Shown here: piece by piece, positions 1 to 9,413 of the stretch
Position numbering within the stretch: the first letter of the stretch is position 1
How the letters are laid out: every line of letters begins with the position of its first letter
Source: Candidatus Latescibacterota bacterium
GTDB lineage: Bacteria > Latescibacterota > UBA2968 > GCA-2709665
Direction: 5' to 3'
Assembly: GCA_965219995.1 (NCBI GenBank)
Contig: CBDCOX010000002.1
Coordinates: 3,616,001 to 3,680,000, forward strand
DNA length: 64,000 nt
Notes under the pieces: model-generated
Told to the model about the DNA's origin: nothing
Seen by the model: only the letters and a program-made list of their open reading frames with translations
Database searches by the model: none
Program-made: the position numbers and the translations under genes

Positions 1-165
1 AGCGGTATGGCCACGCGATATCAATTCGTGGAGTTGCGACCTCACTTAAAGGCGGTGAGACGTGAGAGGGGAGACGTGAGATGACCACCTCGCGATCCCC
101 GGTCAGCGATATGGACACGCGATATCAAATCGTGGAGTTGCGACCTCACCTGAAGGCCGTGAGAG
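1..165 (+). repeat. Direct repeat, 104-bp period, two copies of a ~60-bp core, each followed by GTGAGA(C/G) heptamer runs
   Basis: agcg(g/a)tatgg(c/a)cacgcgatatcaa(t/a)tcgtggagttgcgacctcac at 1 and 105; may continue beyond the left edge of the window. Confidence 0.85.
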
Positions 166-174
166 GGTAGACGG

Positions 175-475
175 GAGATTCCTCGCTCCGCTCAGAATAA
201 TGTTGCGATGGCCATAAGCGACATGTTTCGATTATGCCCTCTTCTGACCGTCACGTTAAAGAACCCGTTGTGAGGGTGGGGCAGACATTCCTGTCTGCCG
301 CATCGATGTCAGGCTGACTGAATGCGGGCATTTCGACAAGCTCAATGACCACACATGGACAAGGATTTTTCAACGTCGCTCAGAATATCAGGCCGGCTGA
401 TCGCCAAAACTGTCATCCTGAGGAAGCCGCCCTGCCTGCCAGCGGTTCATTGGCAGGCAGGCTGACGAAGGATCT
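175..475. repeat. Cluster of REP-like palindromic elements
   Basis: GAGATTCCTCGCTCCGCTCAGAAT (175-198), GTGGGGCAGACATTCCTGTCTGCC hairpin (276-299), TTCGACAAGCTCAATGAC (332-349), TGTCATCCTGAGG...GAAGGATCT (411-475) enclosing a CCTGCCTGCCA/TGGCAGGCAGG stem. Confidence 0.6.
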
Positions 476-630
476 ACTGCGGCATCGCATGATACCCGAG
501 CGCCTTTTGTCATTCGCCGCGACCTGACAGGCGGCACGTATGCGCCCTCACGATCATGCTGAGGCGGCCGCCAGGGAAACCAGACCTCCGCGCATACGGG
601 TCGGTGAAGTCTTCCGCCGCACGTCAAACC

Positions 631-846
631 GAGACGTGAGAGATTGTCTGCATTGTGCGGTGTCATTTCTTGCCAGAGGCACAAAGGAAGAACCAATTGG
701 GCAAGGATGTCATCTACCCTCTTGCGTCTCACGTCTCCCCGGTTTTGTTGCCCTGTGAGGTCTCAATTCCGGCCGGAGGCATTGAGAGAAAGCATATCGG
801 GCAAGGACATCCTCTCCCGTCTCCCGTCTCACGTCTACCCGTCTTT
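631..846. repeat. Dispersed ~100-bp hairpin repeat family bounded by GTGAGAC/CGTCTCAC heptamers (two units)
   Basis: Core ttcttgcc(a/g)gaggca..aaggaagaaccaat(c/t)gggcaaggatgtcatctacc..cgtctcacgtctc recurs at 31257-31387 and 33470-33715. Confidence 0.85.
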
Positions 847-850
847 TGAT

Positions 851-2455
851 TTACCATCCCCACTCCCCTTCCCGGTAATAACCATCCACCACCGGCGCCA
901 GTTCCGTATTCACGGCCACGTCTTCGACGCCATCGAACATTCCCTTCCAGAAGTGCAACATGCCCGTCATCGCCTCGCGGTTCAGGAAGAAGGTCTCGAC
1001 GTCCGAAAAGCGCAACGCCATTGCCCTGCGTTTCAGATCCGCTTCCGATATCACCTCTTCCCTCATGCCCAGTTGCCACCCCCAATCCCCCATAGTCGGA
1101 ATCGCATTGTGGTAGGGCACAACATGGAATCCGGCCGCTTTCATGGTCCGGTACACGCATAGAAACGCCCGTCTGGCGTGGAGCGGGCTGGAACTCTGCG
1201 TCACCAGGACCCCGTGTTGCGACAGATGCCGCCTGCATGCCGTATAGAACTCCTTCGAATACAAGCGAGCGAGGTCCGGCCCCTTGGGGTCCGGCAGATC
1301 GACGAAAATGACGTCATAGATCTTATCGTCGTCCGCCAGAAACCGCCCTGCGTCACGGGTGACCACGTCCACCCTTTCGTCGTCCAGTGCCCCGGCATTG
1401 GCTTCCACAAACACCGGATGGGTCCTGGCCAGCCGGATCATTTCAGGATCCAGGTCCACCAGCGTCACCCGTTTCACGTCGCCGTATTTCAATACTTCCC
1501 GGAGCGCCAGTCCATCCCCCCCGCCGAGAATCAGCACCCGTTCCCTGGATGCCGCCAGTCCCATTGCGGGGTGTACGAGGGGCTCGTGGTACCGTTCCTC
1601 GTCGTACGTGCTGAATTGCATGCCGCCGTTCAGGTACAACCAGTGGTACCCCTTCCACTGCGTCACCACGATCCGCTGGTACGGGGTCTGCGCCTCGTAG
1701 ATCACGCGGTCCCGGTAACGGCTCTGCTCTCCGTATCGAACGATGGGCTTCATGTACACGCCCAGGGCAATCAGTCCGGCTGCGGTGAGCCAGAACGCGG
1801 CAATCAGCGCTTTGCGCCGTACCAGCAGGGCCCGATATTGCCACAACAGCGCGGATGCAACCGCGAAATTGACCGCCCCAAGCGCGATCGGCGTATACGT
1901 CAATCCCAGCTTCGGCAACGCGAAAAACGCAAACAGCAACCCGCCGGCGAGCGCGCCGAAATAGTCCTTCTCCAAAACAGACGCGATATTGGTTCGCAAC
2001 ACCTCGTACGCGTCGTTCATGCGCGTGACAAGAGGAATCTCCAGTCCGATCAGAAGTCCGATCGCTGCCGCATAGGCATAAATAATGGCGCTCGTCCCCT
2101 CGACGAACGCCGTACCCCAATAGGCCGCTGCGGCTGACGTTGCACACAGCGCAGACAGGATAAATTCGACCGCAATAAACCGGTCCAGCAACCGCTCGGT
2201 GAGATATCGGCTCAGCCGGCTTCCGAGCCCCATCGTAAAAAACATCAACGACATCACCAGCGTCCACTGCAATGTCGTGTTTCCAAGCAGATAGCTGGCC
2301 AGCGTCGAGAGCACGAACTCCGCGACGATTCCGGCCAGCCCCGTCGCGAACAGACACGCCTTCAACAGCCGGCCGCTTCCGGTTCCTCCCGGTGTTACGG
2401 TCGGGGAGACTCCTCCGGCATCACGGTCTTCCGGGACGCTGTCTTTTACCGACAT
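851..2455 (-). CDS. speE: Polyamine aminopropyltransferase (spermidine synthase) with N-terminal multi-pass membrane domain
   Basis: Motifs QTPYQRI, YHEPLVHP, VLILGGGDGLALREVLK, VDLDP, DVIFVDLPDP; about 7 hydrophobic helices at the N-terminus. Confidence 0.92.
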   Translation of the reverse strand: MSVKDSVPEDRDAGGVSPTVTPGGTGSGRLLKACLFATGLAGIVAEFVLSTLASYLLGNTTLQWTLVMSLMFFTMGLGSRLSRYLTERLLDRFIAVEFILSALCATSAAAAYWGTAFVEGTSAIIYAYAAAIGLLIGLEIPLVTRMNDAYEVLRTNIASVLEKDYFGALAGGLLFAFFALPKLGLTYTPIALGAVNFAVASALLWQYRALLVRRKALIAAFWLTAAGLIALGVYMKPIVRYGEQSRYRDRVIYEAQTPYQRIVVTQWKGYHWLYLNGGMQFSTYDEERYHEPLVHPAMGLAASRERVLILGGGDGLALREVLKYGDVKRVTLVDLDPEMIRLARTHPVFVEANAGALDDERVDVVTRDAGRFLADDDKIYDVIFVDLPDPKGPDLARLYSKEFYTACRRHLSQHGVLVTQSSSPLHARRAFLCVYRTMKAAGFHVVPYHNAIPTMGDWGWQLGMREEVISEADLKRRAMALRFSDVETFFLNREAMTGMLHFWKGMFDGVEDVAVNTELAPVVDGYYREGEWGW

Positions 2456-2483
2456 ACCCGTTTCTTCTGTCCGGGACAGAACA

Positions 2484-3284
2484 TCAGACGGCTTTACACG
2501 TCAATCCGCCATCCACGACGAGTTCGGCGCCTGTGACGTATTTCGCCTCGTCCGAAGCCAGATACAAAGCCGCGTAGGCCACGTCCCAGGCATCGCCCAT
2601 CCTGCCCATCGGACACTGGCTGTCGCGAATCTCGATCATCCTCTCGACGTCGCCTTCCGCGTAGAACTCGGCCAGTGATTTCGCCACCATCGGCGTATTC
2701 ATGAAACCCGGCAATATGGCATTGGCGCGAATGTTTTTCTTCGCGTACTGCATGGCGATACTCTGGGTCAGCTGATTCACACCACCCTTGGTCGCGCTGT
2801 AGGAGACATAGGGCACGCCCAGCCAGCGGATGGAGGTGATCGAAGAAATATTCACAATCGCCCCTCCACCCTGGCGTTCCATGTGCGGAAGTACATGTTT
2901 GCATGTCAGGAACATACTCTTGAGATTCACGTCAACCACGCGGTCCCAGGTTTCCTCGCTGAGTTCGGCGCACCCCCCCACCTGGAGAATGCCGACATTA
3001 TTGTGCAGAATATCGATCCGGTCGTACGTGTCAATGCATCCGGCGACCATGGCTTCGACGTCTTCCGACCTCGATACGTCCGCCGTGTGGGCCGTACAGT
3101 CCCCTCCCTCACCCGCGATCATGTCGCGGGTTTCCGCCGCCGCATCCGGATTGATATCCGCGGCGAATACGCGGGCGCCTTCTCGCGCGAAGAGAACGGC
3201 CGCCGCCTTGCCGTTCCCCCATCCTGGACCGACCGAACCGGCCCCCGTCACGATCGCGACCTTATTTTGGAGACGATTTCCCAC
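2484..3284 (-). CDS. SDR family NAD(P)-dependent oxidoreductase
   Basis: VTGAGS..GWGNG, NNVG, YSATK catalytic motif, NAILPG, VDGG. Confidence 0.93.
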   Translation of the reverse strand: MGNRLQNKVAIVTGAGSVGPGWGNGKAAAVLFAREGARVFAADINPDAAAETRDMIAGEGGDCTAHTADVSRSEDVEAMVAGCIDTYDRIDILHNNVGILQVGGCAELSEETWDRVVDVNLKSMFLTCKHVLPHMERQGGGAIVNISSITSIRWLGVPYVSYSATKGGVNQLTQSIAMQYAKKNIRANAILPGFMNTPMVAKSLAEFYAEGDVERMIEIRDSQCPMGRMGDAWDVAYAALYLASDEAKYVTGAELVVDGGLTCKAV

Positions 3285-3296
3285 TGTTGCCGTTTC

Positions 3297-4142
3297 TTAA
3301 AGCGCCCACACGATGAGCAGCGACGCGCCCACGTATGAGAATGCTTCGATAAACCCGGCGCCCAGGTGCGGCTTCTCGGGATCTGAAATCTCAGCCGACA
3401 GATTCAGTCCCGGCAACAGGATCTTGTCCGTGGCAACACGCACCAGCAGGAGCAGGACCAGTCCGACGACCACCTCGAGGGCGAAGCCCTGCAGGCTCGT
3501 CGTCCACGAGATAAAGTCTCCCGCAACCGCGTGCCTAACCACAATGCCGATGCCCACCAGCGCGCCCGCGAACGCCACGCCCGCCGCCGCGTTGTCCCGT
3601 TCGATTTCCGTATGCAGATCGTACGGTGTCGCCCAGTTGTAGACGATGCCGGCCAAAACCAGAGCCGCCTGCCCCAGCACCCAGAACGCGAGCGTTGTGC
3701 CCAGACCGCCCAGTTCGCCGGAAACGGCGCCGAAAATCACCAGACCCGTGGCGATGTACGATGCGCAAACCACGGCGCCGGTCCCTGCATTCTGGTCCCT
3801 GATAATTTCATCGCGAATGGAAAACTGGTGCAGGATCAGCCGGTCGTTGATGAGCCGGGACAGGTTCATCAGTACGATCGACAACGGGCCGTAAATGAGT
3901 ACGTCGATCAGGTCGAGCTCAAGTCCATGGGACGGTCCCGAAATCACGCCTCCGATGGCGATCACCAGTCCGAAGAAGTACCCCATGATCGCTACAGAAA
4001 GCGCCGTATTGTCCTTCTCGACAAGCTCCTCTTTCAACCGGTAGCTCGGCGTGGTCCAGTCGTACACCAGCTTTCCGATCCAGAACAGCAGGTAAGCGCA
4101 GACAAGGTAAATCCCCGATTCCATCAAGTTGTCCAACGTCAT
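3297..4142 (-). CDS. Tandem DUF350 membrane protein
   Basis: Repeated helical hairpins with LKEELVEKDN.AL / IRDEIIRDQN.G / LHTEIERDN.AAG motifs typical of DUF350. Confidence 0.8.
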   Translation of the reverse strand: MTLDNLMESGIYLVCAYLLFWIGKLVYDWTTPSYRLKEELVEKDNTALSVAIMGYFFGLVIAIGGVISGPSHGLELDLIDVLIYGPLSIVLMNLSRLINDRLILHQFSIRDEIIRDQNAGTGAVVCASYIATGLVIFGAVSGELGGLGTTLAFWVLGQAALVLAGIVYNWATPYDLHTEIERDNAAAGVAFAGALVGIGIVVRHAVAGDFISWTTSLQGFALEVVVGLVLLLLVRVATDKILLPGLNLSAEISDPEKPHLGAGFIEAFSYVGASLLIVWAL

Positions 4143-4825
4143 TTTCCAAACCTCCCTCTGCTGCGGCTGCCAAAGCCCGACCTGTTGCGTCCGGACCGGT
4201 CCCGGACCCTCTGGGAGAAGGACCGCTGCCTGTTTGCCATCGTCTGTTGCCGGCGTTTGTAAAACCCCGGCTTTTGTCTCTTCGTGACCGACCCTTCGGT
4301 ACCGTACTCGCGATTGCGCCCATAGTACGGCCGCCGGCGGTCGCGGCTGTTGCGATAGTCGTCATAGTCGTTCCTGTAAATCTGCCGTCCGTAACCCCCG
4401 CCCATTAAGTCCCGCATCAACGCATATTGACCGTAGAACACCCAGAAACTCCCGCCGCCGCCCCAATGCCCGTAATTCGGGTTCCCGACGTAGTGGTATC
4501 CGGGCGGATGAGGGGTGTCGTTCACGCCCTGGTCCGACTTGGCCACGATGGCCATGCCAAGAAACGGGAGATACTTCCGATAGACCTCGTAGGGCACCTC
4601 GATCCAATCCGTCGTACGCCGTCGCTCCCCCTGAACCACCGTATACTTATGGTAGTAGTCCGTGGAGAAGGTCCCTGCCTCCCTCATGTCTTCCAGGATA
4701 ATCATATACTCCGGGGCGTTTGCCAGGCTCTTCCGCATTTCCTGAACGGGGTCCCGCGCGCTGCACCCGGCAACCCAGAGCGTGACGAATGCAATTACCG
4801 GCCATCGCAACTGTCGCATAAGCAT
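4139..4825 (-). CDS. Hypothetical lipoprotein with Gly/Tyr-rich segment and Arg-rich C-terminal tail
   Basis: Signal peptide with lipobox WVAGC; SFWVFYGQYALM; RSRGRFGK tail; 4-bp overlap with the DUF350 gene. Confidence 0.75.
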   Translation of the reverse strand: MLMRQLRWPVIAFVTLWVAGCSARDPVQEMRKSLANAPEYMIILEDMREAGTFSTDYYHKYTVVQGERRRTTDWIEVPYEVYRKYLPFLGMAIVAKSDQGVNDTPHPPGYHYVGNPNYGHWGGGGSFWVFYGQYALMRDLMGGGYGRQIYRNDYDDYRNSRDRRRPYYGRNREYGTEGSVTKRQKPGFYKRRQQTMANRQRSFSQRVRDRSGRNRSGFGSRSRGRFGK

Positions 4826-4967
4826 CTCCTTCGGTCAGCAAAGAAGCAGGTCCGGGGAAACCGTCCTTACGCACGGAAGCGGACATGCAGCGATACCAGG
4901 CGTCCCGTCAGGCGGTCGGGATACACCCGGCGTGAGAGGCGCATTTCGCGATTGCGGCTCCGGTACA

Positions 4968-4996
4968 AAGATAGCCCGGCCCGAACGGCATGTCAA
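4968..4996 (-). promoter_or_regulatory. Sigma70-type promoter for the lipoprotein-DUF350-SDR-speE operon
   Basis: TTGACA-17 bp-TATCTT on the minus strand. Confidence 0.6.
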
Positions 4997-5001
4997 GGTG
5001 C

Positions 5002-5031
5002 TTGCCCGTAGACCGGAGGGCTTGGTATATT
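5002..5031 (+). promoter_or_regulatory. Divergent promoter for the DUF4962/heparinase-like gene
   Basis: TTGCCC-18 bp-TATATT with extended -10 TG; supports ATG 5073 as the start rather than 4782. Confidence 0.5.
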
Positions 5032-5072
5032 GTGCTGCGAACATCGTCAATTTACCGGGAAGGACCCCCCGC

Positions 5073-8000
5073 ATGGGTTTTGCAGTCGATACCTCGCCGC
5101 CGCCGGACCGCCACCCTCCGATCACACCGGCCGACGGTTCCGCCGCAATTCAGAATCCCCCGGCCCTGATCTGGCGCGCGGACGACCGGGCCGCCACGTA
5201 CATTGTGGAGATCTGCAGGAATTCCGGCTTCCGGGGTGAGGTCATCCGCAGCGCGGGCATCGACATGCCGTTCCATAACCCGTCAATCGAACTCGACAGC
5301 GGTACATGGTACTGGCGTACCTTCGCGATTACGTCCGGGGGTGAGCAATCCCGACCCGGTCCTGTCCGGAGCTTTCACATCACGTCCGAATCCGTTCCGC
5401 TTCCCGTACCCCCGACGGAGCGCATCCTCGATACGATGCCGGACCACCCACGCATCTTTGTGACCCCGGACACCCTGGAGGAATTCCGCGCACGAAGGCA
5501 TGGACCGGCGCGTGAGGCCTGGCGCCACCTCAAACACCGGGCCGACGCCCTGATTCAGAGCGAACCGCCGCGACTGAACCTGCAGTCCGTGCCGCCGGAC
5601 CTCGGCGAACGTCGCGGACAGGTCTTTCATTTGAAGGACGACCGTGTCACGTTTCCGGCAAACTGCCAGATTGCCGAACTCAAGAGAGGCGCGGATTACG
5701 CCAATGCACTTTCCTTTGCGTACCTGATCTCCGGCGACGAAAAGTACGCCGCGGCAGCGAGACGCTGGATGGCTTTTCTTTCGCATCTCCGCGTTGACAT
5801 CCACCTCCAGGACCGCGGGCAGCACGACACGGTCGTTTACTGCTACGAGTTCGGCCTGAAGGGGACGGCGCTGGCCTACGATCGGCTGTACGCTCTGCTT
5901 GAACCGGAGGAACGCGCACCTGTTCTGGCGCACATCGAGTTCCACTGCGAAGCCGCTTACGCGTGGCTCAGAGACGGGCTTCAGATCCACCTGAATTATC
6001 AGAATTCTCACGGTCAGCAGTGCATGCATGCGCTGCTGCCCACGGTTCTGGCCATTGCGACCGAGTCCGACAGCACCCGGGAATGGGCCGACTATCTCAT
6101 CCGCCAGTACGTCAACCGGATTGCGTGGGGAAGCGTCGACGGCGGGTATACCGAAGGCCAGAAGTACGGCCATAAGATTCAATTCATCCTGGAAGCCCTC
6201 GCCGCTCTCAGGTCCTCAACGGGTCTGGATGTCTTCCGCGAGCCCCGATGGCGGAATTCCGGCGCATTCTGGTTGTACTGCATGTCCCTCAATTACTGGT
6301 GGAACCACTGGGGTGACTGCTATTCCCTGATCGATCCCAATTTCGGCAGCGACGCCGATACGTACGTTTCCGCCTTTCTATCCGCGATGACCGGGGACCC
6401 GGCGGTCAAGTGGTGGAGCGATACCCGGGTCTGCAACCCGGTCCATCTCCCGCTCCAGTATCTCTCCGACAGCGGCGTCCCGTCCCGCCCGCCCGTGGAT
6501 ATCGCGCAAGCCCGCCTGTTTCCCGAAGTCGGCCAACTCGCCGCGTTCGACCGGTTCTACGACCACGGAAGCAGCCGCATCTTCTTCAGAAGCAGCCCGT
6601 GGGGGGACCACAGCCACGCCCACCAGGACCAGAACGGCTTCGTCCTCCACGCCGGGGGCGAGATCCTTGCCTGCGATGCGGGCTATTACACCTATTCCGG
6701 GGATACCTATCATTCGCGGTGGAGCCGGACCACACAGGCGCACAATTCCATCCTCGTCGATGGCGAAAGCCAGCGGCGGGGCATCGCCCACAAAGGAAGA
6801 GTAACGACCTTTATCAATACACCGGATGCCTGCCTCTTCACCGGAGACGCGTCCGGCGCTTACGGGGAACTGCTCGAGCGATTCCACCGCCACGTCCTCT
6901 TCATCCGCCCCGACGTCTTCGTCGTCTGTGACGATCTCGAGGCTTCCGAACCCCGCGAATACGCCTGGACGCTCAACACCTTCGAGCGGGCGGATATCAA
7001 CGAGAGCGGTCAATGCATGACCGTCCGGCAGCGGGACCAACGCCTCCTGGTCCGGCACCTGGCGGGCGCCCCCCTGAAATACACCCAGAACAACGACCGT
7101 CCGTTTCCATTGAAGACGCGTGACTGGTGCCGCTTCACCGAAGCCTTCCCCCAGCAATGGAACATCCGGGTGACCACTGAGAGAAGTAAGACCGCGCGGA
7201 TCATCTCGGTTCTGCATACGTACAAGAAACCGGGAGGACCCGGGCTCGACGACATCCGACGCGTTGAGACAGCCGGCGGAGAAGGCGTCCGTTTTCGTGC
7301 CGGCAGCGCGTCCGAATGCGTCCTGTTCCGATTCGAAAGTTACGGCGCGATCGAAGGCGCGGGTATTCGGTCGGACGCCCGGATCGTCAATGTCCGCCGT
7401 CGCGGGAACCGGATTCAACGATGGCTGCTATATGGCGGAAAGCGGCTCAGCCTGGAAGGCAAAGACCTCCTGTTGGCCGATGCGGCATGCGATGCCGCCG
7501 CGAGTTACAACATCCGAAGCGCGCACGCGCAGATTCATGTTCGGCACCCGGAAGCCGCGCGTCTCGCCATCCGCCTTCCCCACGCGCCGCGCGCCGTGGT
7601 CGCGTCGCCGCCGGACCGGCCCGGAAGCGCGAAACCGATCGATTTCACATGGCGCGAAAGCATGGTCGAAGTCGAACTGGACGACGCGGGTGAATCCGTG
7701 CTGTGGATTGACCCGGTTACGGATCTCGCCGCCCTTCCGCGTCCGCTCCGGATGAAGCTGAACGATGGTGCAGGCGAACACTCGCAGAGTCTGGAGGCCG
7801 CTGTCGCCGACGACGGCGACACCATCGCCTTTGCCGAGATCAGCCCGCGGGAGCCCGGTATCTACGAATTCATCGCGGAAGACGCAGAGTTGCTCGTCCA
7901 GGACCGGTGGGACCCGGACTCGAGCGCGCGAGGGCAGGGCCGTGTCACGGCCTGCCTGAGAGAAGGAACGGAGATATTCGTACGCTACGCGCCCGACCGG

Positions 8001-8495
8001 CAACCGAGTTTCCGGGCATCCCTGGTTGAGAGCCACAAGGGTCGACTCATCAATCTGCTCTGCAACGGCGGCTTTGAAGCCGGCATCGTGGAGTACCCGC
8101 CCCGATACTGGAACGTGCAGCACCCCCGCACGCACGATCCCGGCTGGCCCGGGTGGAGTACGGAGGATGCCGCGGAAGGGGGCGCCTGTCTGAAGTTCAC
8201 GAGGCCCAGGGACCCCATCTCGCTCAGGAGCCGCCCCATGCGCCTGCGCACGCCCGGTCGCTACGTCCTGCGGTTCAAGGCCCGGGGTTCCGCCACCCAC
8301 GCGCGGGTGTCCGTGTCGGGACAGCAGGGAACTCATCTCATGGTTCCGGTTCAACCTTGCGAGACGTGGGCGGAATACCGGGAGGAACTGGACGTCCGAC
8401 AGGGCTATGCAACCGTATCCGTTTCGTTCGATAGAGGAGGGGAACCGGATCAGGTCCTGTGGGTGGACGATATGGAGTTTGGATATATTGCATAA
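5073..8495 (+). CDS. DUF4962 / heparinase II/III-like polysaccharide lyase with C-terminal carbohydrate-binding-like domain
   Basis: N-terminal PITPADG..QNPPALIW and GTWYWR; HPRIF; DGGYTEG; SHAHQDQNGF; AHNSILVDG; C-terminal NLLCNGGFE; start reassigned from 4782 (overlap with divergent gene). Confidence 0.8.
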   Translation: MGFAVDTSPPPDRHPPITPADGSAAIQNPPALIWRADDRAATYIVEICRNSGFRGEVIRSAGIDMPFHNPSIELDSGTWYWRTFAITSGGEQSRPGPVRSFHITSESVPLPVPPTERILDTMPDHPRIFVTPDTLEEFRARRHGPAREAWRHLKHRADALIQSEPPRLNLQSVPPDLGERRGQVFHLKDDRVTFPANCQIAELKRGADYANALSFAYLISGDEKYAAAARRWMAFLSHLRVDIHLQDRGQHDTVVYCYEFGLKGTALAYDRLYALLEPEERAPVLAHIEFHCEAAYAWLRDGLQIHLNYQNSHGQQCMHALLPTVLAIATESDSTREWADYLIRQYVNRIAWGSVDGGYTEGQKYGHKIQFILEALAALRSSTGLDVFREPRWRNSGAFWLYCMSLNYWWNHWGDCYSLIDPNFGSDADTYVSAFLSAMTGDPAVKWWSDTRVCNPVHLPLQYLSDSGVPSRPPVDIAQARLFPEVGQLAAFDRFYDHGSSRIFFRSSPWGDHSHAHQDQNGFVLHAGGEILACDAGYYTYSGDTYHSRWSRTTQAHNSILVDGESQRRGIAHKGRVTTFINTPDACLFTGDASGAYGELLERFHRHVLFIRPDVFVVCDDLEASEPREYAWTLNTFERADINESGQCMTVRQRDQRLLVRHLAGAPLKYTQNNDRPFPLKTRDWCRFTEAFPQQWNIRVTTERSKTARIISVLHTYKKPGGPGLDDIRRVETAGGEGVRFRAGSASECVLFRFESYGAIEGAGIRSDARIVNVRRRGNRIQRWLLYGGKRLSLEGKDLLLADAACDAAASYNIRSAHAQIHVRHPEAARLAIRLPHAPRAVVASPPDRPGSAKPIDFTWRESMVEVELDDAGESVLWIDPVTDLAALPRPLRMKLNDGAGEHSQSLEAAVADDGDTIAFAEISPREPGIYEFIAEDAELLVQDRWDPDSSARGQGRVTACLREGTEIFVRYAPDRQPSFRASLVESHKGRLINLLCNGGFEAGIVEYPPRYWNVQHPRTHDPGWPGWSTEDAAEGGACLKFTRPRDPISLRSRPMRLRTPGRYVLRFKARGSATHARVSVSGQQGTHLMVPVQPCETWAEYREELDVRQGYATVSVSFDRGGEPDQVLWVDDMEFGYIA

Positions 8496-8575
8496 AGAAA
8501 AAATGCTGCCGGCTCCTCGAAAGGGTTCCGGTCCGGTCCGGTGCAGACCCACGACATCACGGACGGAGGTGAATT

Positions 8576-9325
8576 TTGGACTCGCCAGTTCTTTTTGAAA
8601 TCTGCGTCGGTTCTCCGCAAGGCGCTGTCGCGGCGCAGGAGGGCGGCGCCCATCGCGTTGAACTGTGCGACAACCTGCTCGAAGGGGGCACCACGCCCAG
8701 CGCGGGCGCCATTCAGGTTGCCCGCAGGCATTTGGACATAGGTCTCAACGTGATCGTACGGCCGAGAGGTGGCGATTTCTGCTATTCCGACGTGGAGTTC
8801 GAAACGATGGCGCGGGACGTCGAAGCGGCCGCCGAGTCAGGCGCGGACGGAATCGTGATCGGACTCCTGAATCCGGACGGATCGGTCGACGCGGCGCGTA
8901 CGGGCGCCCTGATCGAGCGAATTCGCCCGCTTCCGGTGACGTTCCACCGCGCGTTCGACATGACCGCCGACCCCTATCGGGCGCTGGAGGACCTGATTTC
9001 CCTCGGCGTGGACAGGGTACTCACTTCGGGGCAGGAAATTTCGGCGCTGGAAGGGATCGATCTGATCGCGGAACTGATTGATCGGGCAGCCGGCCGGATC
9101 GTGGTTATGCCGGGAGGCGGAATCACGGAACGCAACGTCGCCAGGGTCGCGGCGGGCACCGGCGCCCGTGAAATCCACGTTGCGGCCGTGAGCAGCGTAG
9201 CCAGCCGGATGACGTTCCGCAACCCCAACGCCTTTATGGGCGGCGAGTTGCGCCCCCCTGAATTCTCGCATTCGCTCACGGATTCCAACCGCGTCAGGGC
9301 CTTTTTAGACGCGGTGGGGGTCTGA
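8576..9325 (+). CDS. cutC: Copper homeostasis protein CutC family
   Basis: EIC, RVELC..L.EGGTTPS, RPRGGDF.Y, TFHRAFD, RVLTSG, MPGGGI. Confidence 0.95.
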   Translation: MDSPVLFEICVGSPQGAVAAQEGGAHRVELCDNLLEGGTTPSAGAIQVARRHLDIGLNVIVRPRGGDFCYSDVEFETMARDVEAAAESGADGIVIGLLNPDGSVDAARTGALIERIRPLPVTFHRAFDMTADPYRALEDLISLGVDRVLTSGQEISALEGIDLIAELIDRAAGRIVVMPGGGITERNVARVAAGTGAREIHVAAVSSVASRMTFRNPNAFMGGELRPPEFSHSLTDSNRVRAFLDAVGV

Positions 9326-9413
9326 TTCGGACCGGCCGTCGCGTTATTTCTTCCAAATCCTGTTTTCATGAATATTCGACCGCCAACCTTCATGCCATTG
9401 AGGAGACCTCACC

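Noticed and set aside
4782-5072. 97-aa N-terminal extension of the 1237-aa ORF
   Set aside because: It overlaps the divergent lipoprotein gene and spans both promoters; ATG 5073 is the better start.
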